NCBI GenBank assembly: GCA_965208575.1
Contig: CBDBOV010000003.1
Location: forward strand, 768,001-832,000
Origin: Spirochaetia bacterium
GTDB taxonomy: Bacteria > Spirochaetota > Spirochaetia > SZUA-6 > Bin103
Direction: 5' to 3'
Length of the DNA stretch: 64,000 nt
In this document: positions 17,608-26,948 of the stretch, in pieces
Numbering within the stretch: position 1 is the stretch's first letter
How the letters are laid out: each line of letters starts with the position of its first letter
Notes under the pieces: model-generated
Told to the model about the DNA's origin: nothing
Database searches by the model: none
The model's input: the letters and a program-made list of their open reading frames with translations, nothing else
Position numbers and translations under genes: made by a program

Positions 17608-20581
17608 ACACGGTTCCGGGGCCGCCGCCCGGCGGCCGGGGCGTCGCGCCGGGATCGCGGGGATCGCCGGCATGGCCGGGGTGCGCGGCGAGCGCGTGGT
17701 GAGCGCGGCGAACCTCCCGGTGCGGCTCGATGACCCCGAAAGCGTGTGGCTGGTCGAGCACGGCGCACTCGACGTCTTCCTCGTGCGCTTCTGCGACGGC
17801 ATGGCTGAGGCGCCGTTTCACCACGTGCTGCGGCTGGAAACCGGACGGCTGGCCTTCGGTTCCGCCGCCGCCGAGGAATTGAGGGTGGTGGCCAAGGGGC
17901 TGCCGGGCACCATCCTGCGGCGGATGCCGGTCGCCGACCTCGCCGCCGGACCAGCCGACCTCGGCGCCGGAACGAGCGACCTCGGCGCCGGAGCGGGCGG
18001 CGGTGCCGACATGCTGCGCCGCGCGCTCGCCGCGCACGCCGACCACTGGATCGGCGGTTTCGTGTCCGCGATCGCCGCCCAGGTGGAGCCTCGACCGCGC
18101 CCGGAGGTATTGCTCGCCGAAGGAGTCAGGAGCGGCGTCAGCGGGGTGGTAGCGAGCGCCGAAGGCGTGGTGTGGGTGCACGGCGGCGCGGCGGCGCTGT
18201 TCGGCACCGAAGATCCGCGCGAGGGGGAACTCGTGCCGCTGGCGCCGGCCGGCTGGGCCACGCTCCATGAACCGGCCCGGATTACGGTTCGCACCTCGCG
18301 CGCACTCGGCAGCGAGGAGCTGTTGTCCCGCGCCCTGCCGGGGTTCCATCGCCTGGCATTTGCCGCGGAGTTGTTCAACCGGCAGTTGGCGCTGGCCGAC
18401 CAGGCCAATCTGCAGGTCGCGCGTTCGGCGTGGCGCCGCCGCGACGAGGACGAGGCGCGCGGACGGCTGTACCGCCTCATGGCGCCGGGTGCGCCGGGTG
18501 CGCCGGCCGCCTCGAGCGGCGCGGCGTTGATGGCCGCGGTGGGTGCGGTGGGCCGCCACGAGCGCATCGCCGTCCGGGAGCCGGCCACGCTCTCGGACGA
18601 GCCGCCGACGCTCGCCGGCGTCCTGCGCGCGTCGGGAGTCCGGGCCAGGCGGGTGCGCCTCGCTCCGGGGGACCGATGGTGGCGCGGCGACAGCGGCGCG
18701 ATCGTCGCCTTCCGGCGCGACGGCGGCGCGCCCGTCGCCCTCCTGCCGGGAGCGACCGGGCGCTATCGGCTGCACGACCCGCAGACCGGCGGCTCGGCGC
18801 CGATCCGGCGCTCGGCCGCCGCCGAGCTGGCGGACCACGGCTACGTGCTGTACCCGCCGCTGCCCGACGGCGGACCCGTCGGCCTGCGGACGCTGCTGGC
18901 GACCGCCGCCGGCAGGTTCGGCGCCGACCTCGCCCGGGTCGTCGCGGCCGGGTGTGTGGCGGGCGTCCTGGCGCTGGCGCCGGCCGCGGGCATCGGCGTG
19001 CTGGTGGACCGCGTCATCCCGTCGAACGACCACCGGGCCCTGCTCCAGCTCGCGGCGGTGCTGGTGGTGCTCGCGCTCACCGGGGCGCTGGCCCACGTGC
19101 TGCGCGGCACCGCGGTCATGCGCATCGAGGCTCGGCTCGCCGCCCGCGCCACCGCCGCGCTCTGGGACCGCCTGCTGCGGCTGCCGATCCGGTTCCACCG
19201 CAAGTACAGTTCGGGCGAGCTGTCGACGCGGGCGCTGGCGTTCCAGACCGCGCGCGACCGGCTCTCCGGAGCGGCCGGGGCCGCGCTGCTGTCCGCCCTG
19301 TTTCTGGTGCTGTCGATCTGCCTCGTACTCCTGTACGACGCGGTGCTCGGCTCGGTGAGCCTGGGCATCGGGATCATCGCCCTGGCGGTGACGGTCGCTC
19401 TCGGGGCGGCGCAGCTTGCGCCCGGGCGCCGGCGATTCCGCGAGGAACGTCTGCTCACCGGCCGCATGTCGCAATTCATCGACTGCATCCGCAAGCTGCA
19501 GGCCGCCGGCGCCGAGCAATCCGCGCGTGCATCGTGGGCGCGGCGCTACCGCGAACAGAAACTGGCGGAGATGCGCGCCGGCGTGCTGGACGAACACCTG
19601 AAGGCGTTCAGCGCAGCGGTGCCCCTGATCGCGGGGGCTGCCCTGTTCGCGGTGTCCGCGGCACGGCAGGACGGCGCCCTCGGGGTCGCCGAGTTCGTGG
19701 TCGTGTACGTCGCTTCGATGATTTTCTACGCCGCCATCATCGCGCTCGGCGGCGCGTTCGAAGCGGTTGCGTCGGTCGTTCCCGCCTGTGAGCAGATTCT
19801 GCCCGTGCTTGCCGCCACCCCCGAGGACGCAAGCGGACGGGGTCCGCCGGTCGTGCTCGGGGGCGGACTCCGCTTCGATTCGGTCAGCTTTCGCTATGGC
19901 GACGCCGGCCCGCCGGTGCTCGATGGCGTCACCTGGTACGCGGAGCCGGGCGAGTTCGTCGCCATCGTCGGCGAATCGGGAGCCGGCAAGAGCACACTGG
20001 TGGGCGTCGCGCTCGGGCTCGAGGCGCCGACCGGAGGCGCCGTGTACTACGACGACCGCGACCTTGCCCATCTCGACCGGGTCTCGGTGCGCCGGCAGGT
20101 AGGTGTCGTCCTGCAGGATGGCGGCAGCCACATCGGCACGGTGCTCGACAACATCATCGGACTGGACCAGGCCCTGACCGCCGGCGATGCCTGGCGCGCC
20201 GCCCGGCTGGCAGCGGTGGACCGCGACATCGCCGCGATGCCGATGCAGATGCACACCGGCATGGGTGAGCGTGCGGCGGTCGTGTCCGGCGGGCAGAGCC
20301 AGCGCATTCGCATCGCCGCCGCGCTGGTCCGCAACCCGCGCATCGTGTTTCTCGACGAGGCCACCAACTGGCTGGATCGCACGAACCAGGCGGCGGTGAT
20401 GGAGGGATTGCGCACGTCCACTGCCACGCGCATCGTCATCGCCCACCGCATGTCGACGATCCGCGAGGCTCACCGCATCTACGTGCTCGAAGCCGGGCGG
20501 ATCGTGCAGGTCGGCCGGTTCGACGAGCTCGCCGGCACCGACGGCCCGTTTCGCGACCTGGTGCGCCGGCAGATGCCGTAA
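17597..20581 (+). CDS. NHLP ABC transporter permease/ATP-binding subunit (second, no active peptidase)
   Basis: N-terminal LDDPESVWLVEHGALDVF domain, RARRVRL...WWRGDSG, Walker A GESGAGKST, SGGQSQR, LDEATNWLD. Confidence 0.9.
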   Translation: MPPEHGSGAAARRPGRRAGIAGIAGMAGVRGERVVSAANLPVRLDDPESVWLVEHGALDVFLVRFCDGMAEAPFHHVLRLETGRLAFGSAAAEELRVVAKGLPGTILRRMPVADLAAGPADLGAGTSDLGAGAGGGADMLRRALAAHADHWIGGFVSAIAAQVEPRPRPEVLLAEGVRSGVSGVVASAEGVVWVHGGAAALFGTEDPREGELVPLAPAGWATLHEPARITVRTSRALGSEELLSRALPGFHRLAFAAELFNRQLALADQANLQVARSAWRRRDEDEARGRLYRLMAPGAPGAPAASSGAALMAAVGAVGRHERIAVREPATLSDEPPTLAGVLRASGVRARRVRLAPGDRWWRGDSGAIVAFRRDGGAPVALLPGATGRYRLHDPQTGGSAPIRRSAAAELADHGYVLYPPLPDGGPVGLRTLLATAAGRFGADLARVVAAGCVAGVLALAPAAGIGVLVDRVIPSNDHRALLQLAAVLVVLALTGALAHVLRGTAVMRIEARLAARATAALWDRLLRLPIRFHRKYSSGELSTRALAFQTARDRLSGAAGAALLSALFLVLSICLVLLYDAVLGSVSLGIGIIALAVTVALGAAQLAPGRRRFREERLLTGRMSQFIDCIRKLQAAGAEQSARASWARRYREQKLAEMRAGVLDEHLKAFSAAVPLIAGAALFAVSAARQDGALGVAEFVVVYVASMIFYAAIIALGGAFEAVASVVPACEQILPVLAATPEDASGRGPPVVLGGGLRFDSVSFRYGDAGPPVLDGVTWYAEPGEFVAIVGESGAGKSTLVGVALGLEAPTGGAVYYDDRDLAHLDRVSVRRQVGVVLQDGGSHIGTVLDNIIGLDQALTAGDAWRAARLAAVDRDIAAMPMQMHTGMGERAAVVSGGQSQRIRIAAALVRNPRIVFLDEATNWLDRTNQAAVMEGLRTSTATRIVIAHRMSTIREAHRIYVLEAGRIVQVGRFDELAGTDGPFRDLVRRQMP

Positions 20582-20756
20582 CCGCGCCGCCCCAGCGCCA
20601 GCGTCACGCAGGATGAAGTAGGCGACGGCGGGTGCCGCCACGATCCGCAACGGGTGCTCGCGCCGGAGCGCCCTGGTGAGTCTGCCGATAGCGGTGGCGG
20701 GCGCGATGCGCAACTCGCCGCGCGCTGCTCCGCCGGCTGCTGCGCAGTGGTGCCGG

Positions 20757-21551
20757 TCAGCGGCCCATCCAGCGCAGCTTGCCGGGCTCGAACACGCGCC
20801 CCGGCTCGCCGTAGTCGTTGCCGGCAAGGTCCTTGCCGCGCAGCAGGTAGACGGTGTGCCGGCCCTTCTGCCGCTCCGGGTTGAACTTCACGTCGCTGGT
20901 CATGTAGCGCATGGTGTAGCCGCAGCGGCGGCGGCCGCTGGTGTTGGGGCTGGAGCTGTGCATCAGCTTGGCGTGGTGCACGTGGCACTCGCCGGCGCGG
21001 ATCGCCAGGTCCACCGCCTTGCTCTCGTCGAGCTGGTCGGGGCGGATGCGGGTGCGGAACACGTGCTCGGAGTGGTCCACCTCCTCGTACTCCGAGAAGC
21101 CGTGGTGGTGGGTGCCGGGGATCACCCGCATGCAGCCGTTGTCGGGCTGCGAGTCGTCGATCGCCAGCCATACGGTGACCACCTGGTACTTGCTCAGCGA
21201 TACGTTCCAGTAGGCGGAGTCCTCGTGCCACGGCACCGCCAGGCCGCGTTTCGGCAGCTTGCACAGGAAGTGGCTGGCCCACAGGGCGATGTTGGGCCCG
21301 ATCAGGCGCTCCACGAAGTCGAGTACCTCGTCCGCGGCCAGCCACTCGAACAGCTCGGGAAACGCGAAATGCGGGACGTCCATCCCCTCCGGGCGCGCGT
21401 CCGCCGGCAACTGCTCGAGCATGTCATCGAAAACGCTCTGCAGGCGGCGGAATTTCTCTGCAGGAAAAAGCTGGTGGCGGTAGACCAGGTAGCCCTGCTC
21501 GGTGAAGAACGAGACGTCGGTGTCGGTCAAGTGCAGCGGGTGTTCACTCAA
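20757..21551 (-). CDS. Phytanoyl-CoA dioxygenase (PhyH) family protein
   Basis: FFTEQGYLV, VPWHEDSAYW (HxD), VTVWLAIDD, NGCMRVIPGTH, LMHSSSPN; TTG start after AGGAG. Confidence 0.88.
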   Translation of the reverse strand: MSEHPLHLTDTDVSFFTEQGYLVYRHQLFPAEKFRRLQSVFDDMLEQLPADARPEGMDVPHFAFPELFEWLAADEVLDFVERLIGPNIALWASHFLCKLPKRGLAVPWHEDSAYWNVSLSKYQVVTVWLAIDDSQPDNGCMRVIPGTHHHGFSEYEEVDHSEHVFRTRIRPDQLDESKAVDLAIRAGECHVHHAKLMHSSSPNTSGRRRCGYTMRYMTSDVKFNPERQKGRHTVYLLRGKDLAGNDYGEPGRVFEPGKLRWMGR

Positions 21552-21665
21552 TGTCGGTGTGCTCCTGATGTGATTCCGGCGTGTGCGGGCACCCGGTGCC
21601 CCGCCGCGCGTTCCGTCGCCGCCGCTCGTTATGAGCGCCATCCGCAGGACTCGCGTGGCAGTCGT

Positions 21666-22688
21666 TCATGGCAGCAGGGCGCTCAGGGCGGCGCCGGCGG
21701 CGCGTTCGCGCTCCGCCTTCTCGGCGGCCGCCCGCGCCAGGCCGCGGGCCAGCTCCTCCTGGTCCTGGTCCGCGTTGCGTTTCACCTTGTCGACCCAGTC
21801 CGGCCTGATGGCGCCCACGCCGCCGAACGCCCCGGCGATCGCGCCGCCCATGGCGGCCATGGTGTCGGTGTCGCCGCCAAGGTTGGCGGCGAAGGTCACG
21901 CAGCGTTCCACGTCGCCCTCGGCCAGTGAGAACAGGGCCAGGGTCAGCGGCACGGTTTCCAGGGAGTTGGCCTTGCGGGGCTGGAAGAAACGCTCCTTGT
22001 GTTCGTGCACGTAGGCGCGAAAGGCGGCGTACTCGCGGTCGCGGGCGGCGTCGAGCGCCTGCTCGACTCCGGCCAGCATGCGGGCGCCGCTGGTGGCCGG
22101 GATCGGCGCCACCGCCTCCTGCACGATCGACTCGACCGTGGCGCCGGCGCGGCAGGCGGCCGCCACGGCCGCGGCTACGATGGCCGCCCCGTCCTGGCAG
22201 AAGCCGGCGTCCTGGACGTTGATCAGCGAGGCGAGATGAGTGGCCTGCGCCGCCGCCTGTGCCGGGTTGCAGGCGTTCACCAGCCCCGCCGGCGCCATGC
22301 ACATGGCGGAACTGGAGCAGGGGATGTTGCCCAGCGCCGCCATTCTCGGCGCGCCCTGCACGCGCAGCCGGCGCGCCGTGTGCAGCACGGAGAGGAAGAA
22401 CTTCTGCTGCTTGGGACCGAAGATATCGTCCCACGCCGCCATCCAGTCGTCCGCCCAGTCGTCGATGGTGGCGTACCCGGAGGTGCGGATCAGCGTCCGA
22501 GCCAGGATGTCGCGCAGAACGGTGTCGTCGGTGCCGCCCGACTCGAAGTCGTCCAGCCAGCCGAGCTGCGCGTCGATCTCGTCCGCGCTCTTGCCCTCCG
22601 ACGGCGCCCCCAGCGCGTCGCCGATCACCCCGCCGACCAGCGCCCCGAGGCACTTGTCATAAAGAAGGCTCCCCTCGATTTCTGTCAT
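21666..22688 (-). CDS. ADP-ribosylglycohydrolase family protein (paralog of 2014..3057)
   Basis: GALVGGVIGDALGAPSEG, GTDDT, GGDTDTMAAMGGAIAGA. Confidence 0.88.
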   Translation of the reverse strand: MTEIEGSLLYDKCLGALVGGVIGDALGAPSEGKSADEIDAQLGWLDDFESGGTDDTVLRDILARTLIRTSGYATIDDWADDWMAAWDDIFGPKQQKFFLSVLHTARRLRVQGAPRMAALGNIPCSSSAMCMAPAGLVNACNPAQAAAQATHLASLINVQDAGFCQDGAAIVAAAVAAACRAGATVESIVQEAVAPIPATSGARMLAGVEQALDAARDREYAAFRAYVHEHKERFFQPRKANSLETVPLTLALFSLAEGDVERCVTFAANLGGDTDTMAAMGGAIAGAFGGVGAIRPDWVDKVKRNADQDQEELARGLARAAAEKAERERAAGAALSALLP

Positions 22689-22757
22689 GGCGTGCTCCAC
22701 TCCTCCACGGACTGCCTGCGAGCATAGCACGCGTGGCGCGGGGGCGCGTGCGTCGCG

Positions 22758-24473
22758 TCAGCGCCGGCCGACCACCCTGCTCAGGGCCAGGGTGCGCTGC
22801 CTGGTCTGCGCCAGTTCCGGTTCGAGGCGCGGCGCGTCGCCGAACCAGCGCTGGCGGCGCAGATGGCCGACCGCGGCCGCCAGCGCCGCCGGCGTCCCGA
22901 TGCGGCACAGTTGCTCGCTGGCGTAGGCGGCCACGTACGGATCCGAGTCTTCCAGGGCAGCCGCCAGCGACGGCACCGCGGCGTCCTGCGGGCCGTTCAG
23001 CCGCGCCAGGCCCTGGACGGCAAGCTGCCGCAACTGGCTGTTGGACTCGCGCTGCAGCGCGCCGGCCAGCGCTGCCAGCGCCGGTGCCTGCGGGTGGCCG
23101 ACCAGGCTGACGGCGGACAGCAGGTGGCGGCGCACCTCCTCGTCCGAGTCGCCCAGCGCCTCCGCCAGCGCGTCCAGCGCGCCCGCCGCCCGGTGCCCCA
23201 TCTCGCCCAGTGCGTAGGCCGCATTGGCCCGCACGTGGTCATGCGGATTGCGCAGCGCGCGCGCCAGGGCGGGCACCGCCGGTGCGCCGATGGAACCCAG
23301 GGCGTGGGCCGCGTGGCCGATGCCGTAGGGCGGGTAGGTGCGGTACAGTTCCTCGTAGCTGCCCAGCACCGCCACCAGCGGATCGACCGCGGCAGCGCCG
23401 ACCGCGCCGAGCGCGTAGCACGCGTTGAGCTGGACGTACGGCGAGTCGTCCTCCAGGGCGGCGACCAGGTCCGCAACCGCCGGCGCCGCGCCCGCCCGCG
23501 CGAACCCCAGCGCATTGGCGGCCTGCAGGCGATCGTCTTCTGCGCCGGACCGCAGCCGGAGCGCCAGATCGGCGATCGACTCCGGCCGGCCCGCCGCGGC
23601 GGCGCCGGGCGCGCGCCGAAACAGGTCGCCGGCGCCGCACATCCAGTTCCAGACGTAGGTCCAGGCAATTTCATTGCCGCCGTCATGGTCGCCGCCGCGC
23701 CCGTTGGCGGACTCCCGGCGCCAGCAAGGGGCGTCGTTGGCCCAGCTCGGATCCGCCGGCTGTTCGGTGCGCATGAACACGAACTTGTGGCCGTAGCGCA
23801 TCTGCTCGGCGACGTTGGCGAGCACCGAGTGGCCCAGGTCGAAGTGCATGATCGACACCGCGCCGAGGCCGCACGCCAGGGAGGTCAACTCGCGCTGCAC
23901 GTAGTTGGCCGGCAGCCGGTAGCCGCCGTTCGCGCCGCGGTCCACGACGAGCGGCATCTCCAGGTCCAGCTCGGTGGTGAGGCGCGGCAGCAGGTGGGTG
24001 CCGGGGATCAGGGCGGTGGGACCCTGGCGGTCGGGGCACTCCTGCGGGTAGTAGAACAGCAGCGCCCACTGCGGTACCCGGTGGCGCGGCTTGTGGCAGC
24101 CGGCCTGGCCGTCGCGGTGCGGCACCATGGTGATGCCCCGGCGGCCGTCCGGCAGCGGCGCCACCGGTGCGTTGAGGTGGCAGTGGCGGTGCGGCAGCAT
24201 CACGTAGCCGTGGCCAAGCAGGCTGGTCAGCGCGCCGACCACCTGCGGCGCCTCCAGCACCCGCGCCAGCTCGCCGACCACCGGCAGGATGTTGTTCTGC
24301 GGATTGGCGCCGCCGCCGTCCCTGCCGCCGTCGCCCGAACGCAGAATCCGGTCGGTCTTCTCGAAGATCGTACGGTGCACCGATTCGTCCAGACCGGTCT
24401 GCACCTGTACGTACCCGTCGACAATGAACGCCCTGACCTGCTCGTCATTGAGCAGGTACTCCTCTCCCCGCAT
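22758..24473 (-). CDS. PhyH-like dioxygenase fused to C-terminal HEAT repeats
   Basis: N-terminal LLNDEQVRAFIVDGY, PHRDG, GPTALIPGTH, HFDLGHS; C-terminal repeats such as VRANAAYALGEMG and LAAALEDSDPYVAAYASEQL. Confidence 0.8.
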   Translation of the reverse strand: MRGEEYLLNDEQVRAFIVDGYVQVQTGLDESVHRTIFEKTDRILRSGDGGRDGGGANPQNNILPVVGELARVLEAPQVVGALTSLLGHGYVMLPHRHCHLNAPVAPLPDGRRGITMVPHRDGQAGCHKPRHRVPQWALLFYYPQECPDRQGPTALIPGTHLLPRLTTELDLEMPLVVDRGANGGYRLPANYVQRELTSLACGLGAVSIMHFDLGHSVLANVAEQMRYGHKFVFMRTEQPADPSWANDAPCWRRESANGRGGDHDGGNEIAWTYVWNWMCGAGDLFRRAPGAAAAGRPESIADLALRLRSGAEDDRLQAANALGFARAGAAPAVADLVAALEDDSPYVQLNACYALGAVGAAAVDPLVAVLGSYEELYRTYPPYGIGHAAHALGSIGAPAVPALARALRNPHDHVRANAAYALGEMGHRAAGALDALAEALGDSDEEVRRHLLSAVSLVGHPQAPALAALAGALQRESNSQLRQLAVQGLARLNGPQDAAVPSLAAALEDSDPYVAAYASEQLCRIGTPAALAAAVGHLRRQRWFGDAPRLEPELAQTRQRTLALSRVVGRR

Positions 24474-24582
24474 CGGTAATCTCCTATGTTGCGGAGTGTT
24501 CCACAATCCGCACCGGTATGCCGAGCCCACGGCGCCTGGCCGGCGGCGTGCTGTGTTGCTGGGGGCTGCCGGCGCGGGCGGC

Positions 24583-26136
24583 TCAGGCGATTCGATGGTG
24601 GGAGGGGATCCAGTGGCGGGGCGGCGGCGCCGGCTGCTGGCGCCGGGCATTGGCGTAGTCGCAGGCGCACAGCACTTCCTCGAACAACATTGCTTCCAGT
24701 TCGCGCCGGGTGCCGGCGTAGTCGGCGTCGGCGTAGCGGTTGTGCGTTTCGGCGGGATCTTCGCGGCGGTCGTACAGCTCGCCGTGCATGCCCCCGGCGT
24801 ATTTGGTCAGGCGCCACCTGGCGGTGGTGAGCGTGCGCATGCGCGCCGGCATCATGTCGTCGTCGTTCTCGGTCAGGGCGGCCGTGCGCCGGTAGGGTCC
24901 CGCGCCGCGCAGCGCCGGCGCGAACGAGATGCCCTGTAAGCCCTCGGGAGCCGGCACGCCGGCCAGGTCCCACAGCGTGGCCGCGATGTCGAGCGTGGAG
25001 GCGGGCTGCTCGATGGTCTGTCCCGCCTCGATGCCGGGGCCCTGCACCAGCAGGGGCACGCGCAGGGCGGAGTCGAAGTGCATGCCCTTGCCGACGAAGC
25101 CGTGGTCGCCGAGGTACTCGCCGTGATCGGCGACGAACACCACGACGGTGGAGTCGGCCATGCCGGTGGCCGCGAGATGGTCGAGGATACGCCCGACGTG
25201 GTGGTCGAGGCAGGAGGTCATGCCGTAGTAGGAGGCGCGCACCGCCCGCCAGGTCGCCGCGCTTACCCGCGAGTAGTCCAGCGGCGGAGTGCCGATGATG
25301 CGGTCGATACCCGGCCCCTGCGGACGTTCCCCCCAACCGGCGACGTCCAGCGCTTCGCCGCGGAAGATCGAGTCGTACCACGACGGCATGTGCCGCCCGC
25401 CGTGCGCAACCGGCGCCGGCACCGCGGCGGGGTCGTACATCGACGCCCACGGCTCGGGCACCGTGAACGGGTGGTGCGGGTCGGGGAAGCTGACGTGGGC
25501 GAACAGCGGCCGCCCGTCGGCGCGGGCCGAGTCGAGCAGTTCGATGGTGCGGTCCGCCAGGTAGTGCGATGAGTGCAACTCGGCGGGCAGGCGGAAACGG
25601 TGCGGTCCGAGCACCGGCGTCAGTTGATCTTCTCCCACCCGCGGCTGCGCCCGCGCCTGATCCAGGTCCACGCCCATGGCCGCGGCGTGCGCTCCGTAGT
25701 CGGCGCCGAAGCAGCCGTCGCCGTGGCCGTTGACCAGGTCCACCTCGGCGAAACCGTAGTAGCCGTCACTCCCCTCACGGGCCATGGCCGCGCGCAGCAC
25801 CTCCGGCTCGGCGCGCTGCGGCACCAGGTGGATCTTGCCGACCGACGCGCACCGGTAGCCGGCGCGCTGCAGGCCGTGGCCGAGAAAGCGCGGATCGTCC
25901 GGCGCATGGCAGCCCACCATGCGTGTCTTCAGCACCGACGGAAACGCCCCCGTCAGTATCGACGCCCGGCTCGGCGTGCAGGTCGGCTGGGTCACCACGC
26001 AATCCACGAACCGCACCCCCGCCGCCGCCATGCGGTCCAGGTTCGGCGTGCGGCACACCGGATTGCCGTAAACCGACAGCGTATCGGCCCGCAGCTCATC
26101 CGCCACGATCAACAGGATATTCGGTCGCATCGGCAT
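24583..26136 (-). CDS. Sulfatase (Cys-type, FGly-dependent)
   Basis: RPNILLIVADELR, CTPSRASILTG (CxPxR), GKIHL, SFPDPHHPF, ADHGEYLGDHG. Confidence 0.92.
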   Translation of the reverse strand: MPMRPNILLIVADELRADTLSVYGNPVCRTPNLDRMAAAGVRFVDCVVTQPTCTPSRASILTGAFPSVLKTRMVGCHAPDDPRFLGHGLQRAGYRCASVGKIHLVPQRAEPEVLRAAMAREGSDGYYGFAEVDLVNGHGDGCFGADYGAHAAAMGVDLDQARAQPRVGEDQLTPVLGPHRFRLPAELHSSHYLADRTIELLDSARADGRPLFAHVSFPDPHHPFTVPEPWASMYDPAAVPAPVAHGGRHMPSWYDSIFRGEALDVAGWGERPQGPGIDRIIGTPPLDYSRVSAATWRAVRASYYGMTSCLDHHVGRILDHLAATGMADSTVVVFVADHGEYLGDHGFVGKGMHFDSALRVPLLVQGPGIEAGQTIEQPASTLDIAATLWDLAGVPAPEGLQGISFAPALRGAGPYRRTAALTENDDDMMPARMRTLTTARWRLTKYAGGMHGELYDRREDPAETHNRYADADYAGTRRELEAMLFEEVLCACDYANARRQQPAPPPRHWIPSHHRIA

Positions 26137-26147
26137 TGCCCCCTCTC

Positions 26148-26456
26148 CTACGCCATATTGCTGGACGCAAGCCCCTTCATGAGCCGATCACGCCGCGCCT
26201 GCACGAGGTCGTAGCTTGCCTGCATCCGCATCCAGTGTTCGGCGGTGCCCCAACCGATGTCCTCCAGCGCCAGGGCCATATTCGCGGATACACCGGCCCT
26301 GCCGTTCAGCAGGCGTGACAGGGTTCCACGCTCACAGCCCAAGTGGTGGGCGGTTTCGGTCACGCTCCAGCCGATGTCTTCCATGCTTTCGCGGACTAGC
26401 TCGCCCAAGTGCGGAGGGTTGGCCATAGGGCCGACACGTTGACTACGTTCGTTCAT
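26148..26456 (-). CDS. higA: HigA-family antitoxin (HTH)
   Basis: NPPHLGEL, TLSRLLNGRAGVSANMALAL, HWMRMQASYDL. Confidence 0.88.
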   Translation of the reverse strand: MNERSQRVGPMANPPHLGELVRESMEDIGWSVTETAHHLGCERGTLSRLLNGRAGVSANMALALEDIGWGTAEHWMRMQASYDLVQARRDRLMKGLASSNMA

Positions 26457-26477
26457 GGGTCCGTGCTCTCCTTGCGG

Positions 26478-26750
26478 TCAGTGGTAGTCGATCAGGTCCA
26501 CGTCGACGGCCTCGTCATTCTCGAACCGGAACACTACGCGCCAGTTGCCGGTAACGCGCACGCTCCACTGGCCGGCGCGGTTCCCCTTCAGGGGATGCAA
26601 CCGGAAACCCGGCGCGGCCGCGTCGCTCGGCTGCTTTGCTTCCTGGAGCCGGAACAGTATCCGGCGAAGTCGTGACACTTGGTCTGCAGGGAGCCGGGCG
26701 GCGTCGTCTCGCTCGTGCAGCGCCAGCAGTCCCTTGTGCCTGATCGTCAC
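26478..26750 (-). CDS. higB: HigB/RelE-family toxin
   Basis: IRHKGL...PGFRLHPLKGNRAGQWSVRVTGNWRVVFRF...DLIDYH; toxin precedes antitoxin; GTG 26750 lies 6 nt after a TACGTT -10-like hexamer. Confidence 0.88.
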   Translation of the reverse strand: MTIRHKGLLALHERDDAARLPADQVSRLRRILFRLQEAKQPSDAAAPGFRLHPLKGNRAGQWSVRVTGNWRVVFRFENDEAVDVDLIDYH

Positions 26751-26948
26751 GACAGAAACGTAACGCGACGCGCCACACGCCGCAACCTTCCCGTCAGCCT
26801 GCCAGTCGTCAGGGACATTCGCCGACCGACACGCGCGAACATAGGGTCTGTTGGCGCACGTCGATCTACGCATGATGGTTGTCCCGCGGCACCCCAACCG
26901 CGTCCATCGCGCGAGCACGGTTCGCATACGGTCTGATAGGATGCGGGT

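Noticed and set aside
13245-20581. Classifying the cluster as a TOMM, lanthipeptide or polytheonamide-type proteusin
   Set aside because: No YcaO, SagB, LanM/LanKC or rSAM genes; the core has no Cys and is only 3-4 residues.
7926-20756. Integrative element carrying the RiPP cluster
   Set aside because: No integrase, transposase, tRNA target or flanking direct repeats found by eye; horizontal origin is unproven.
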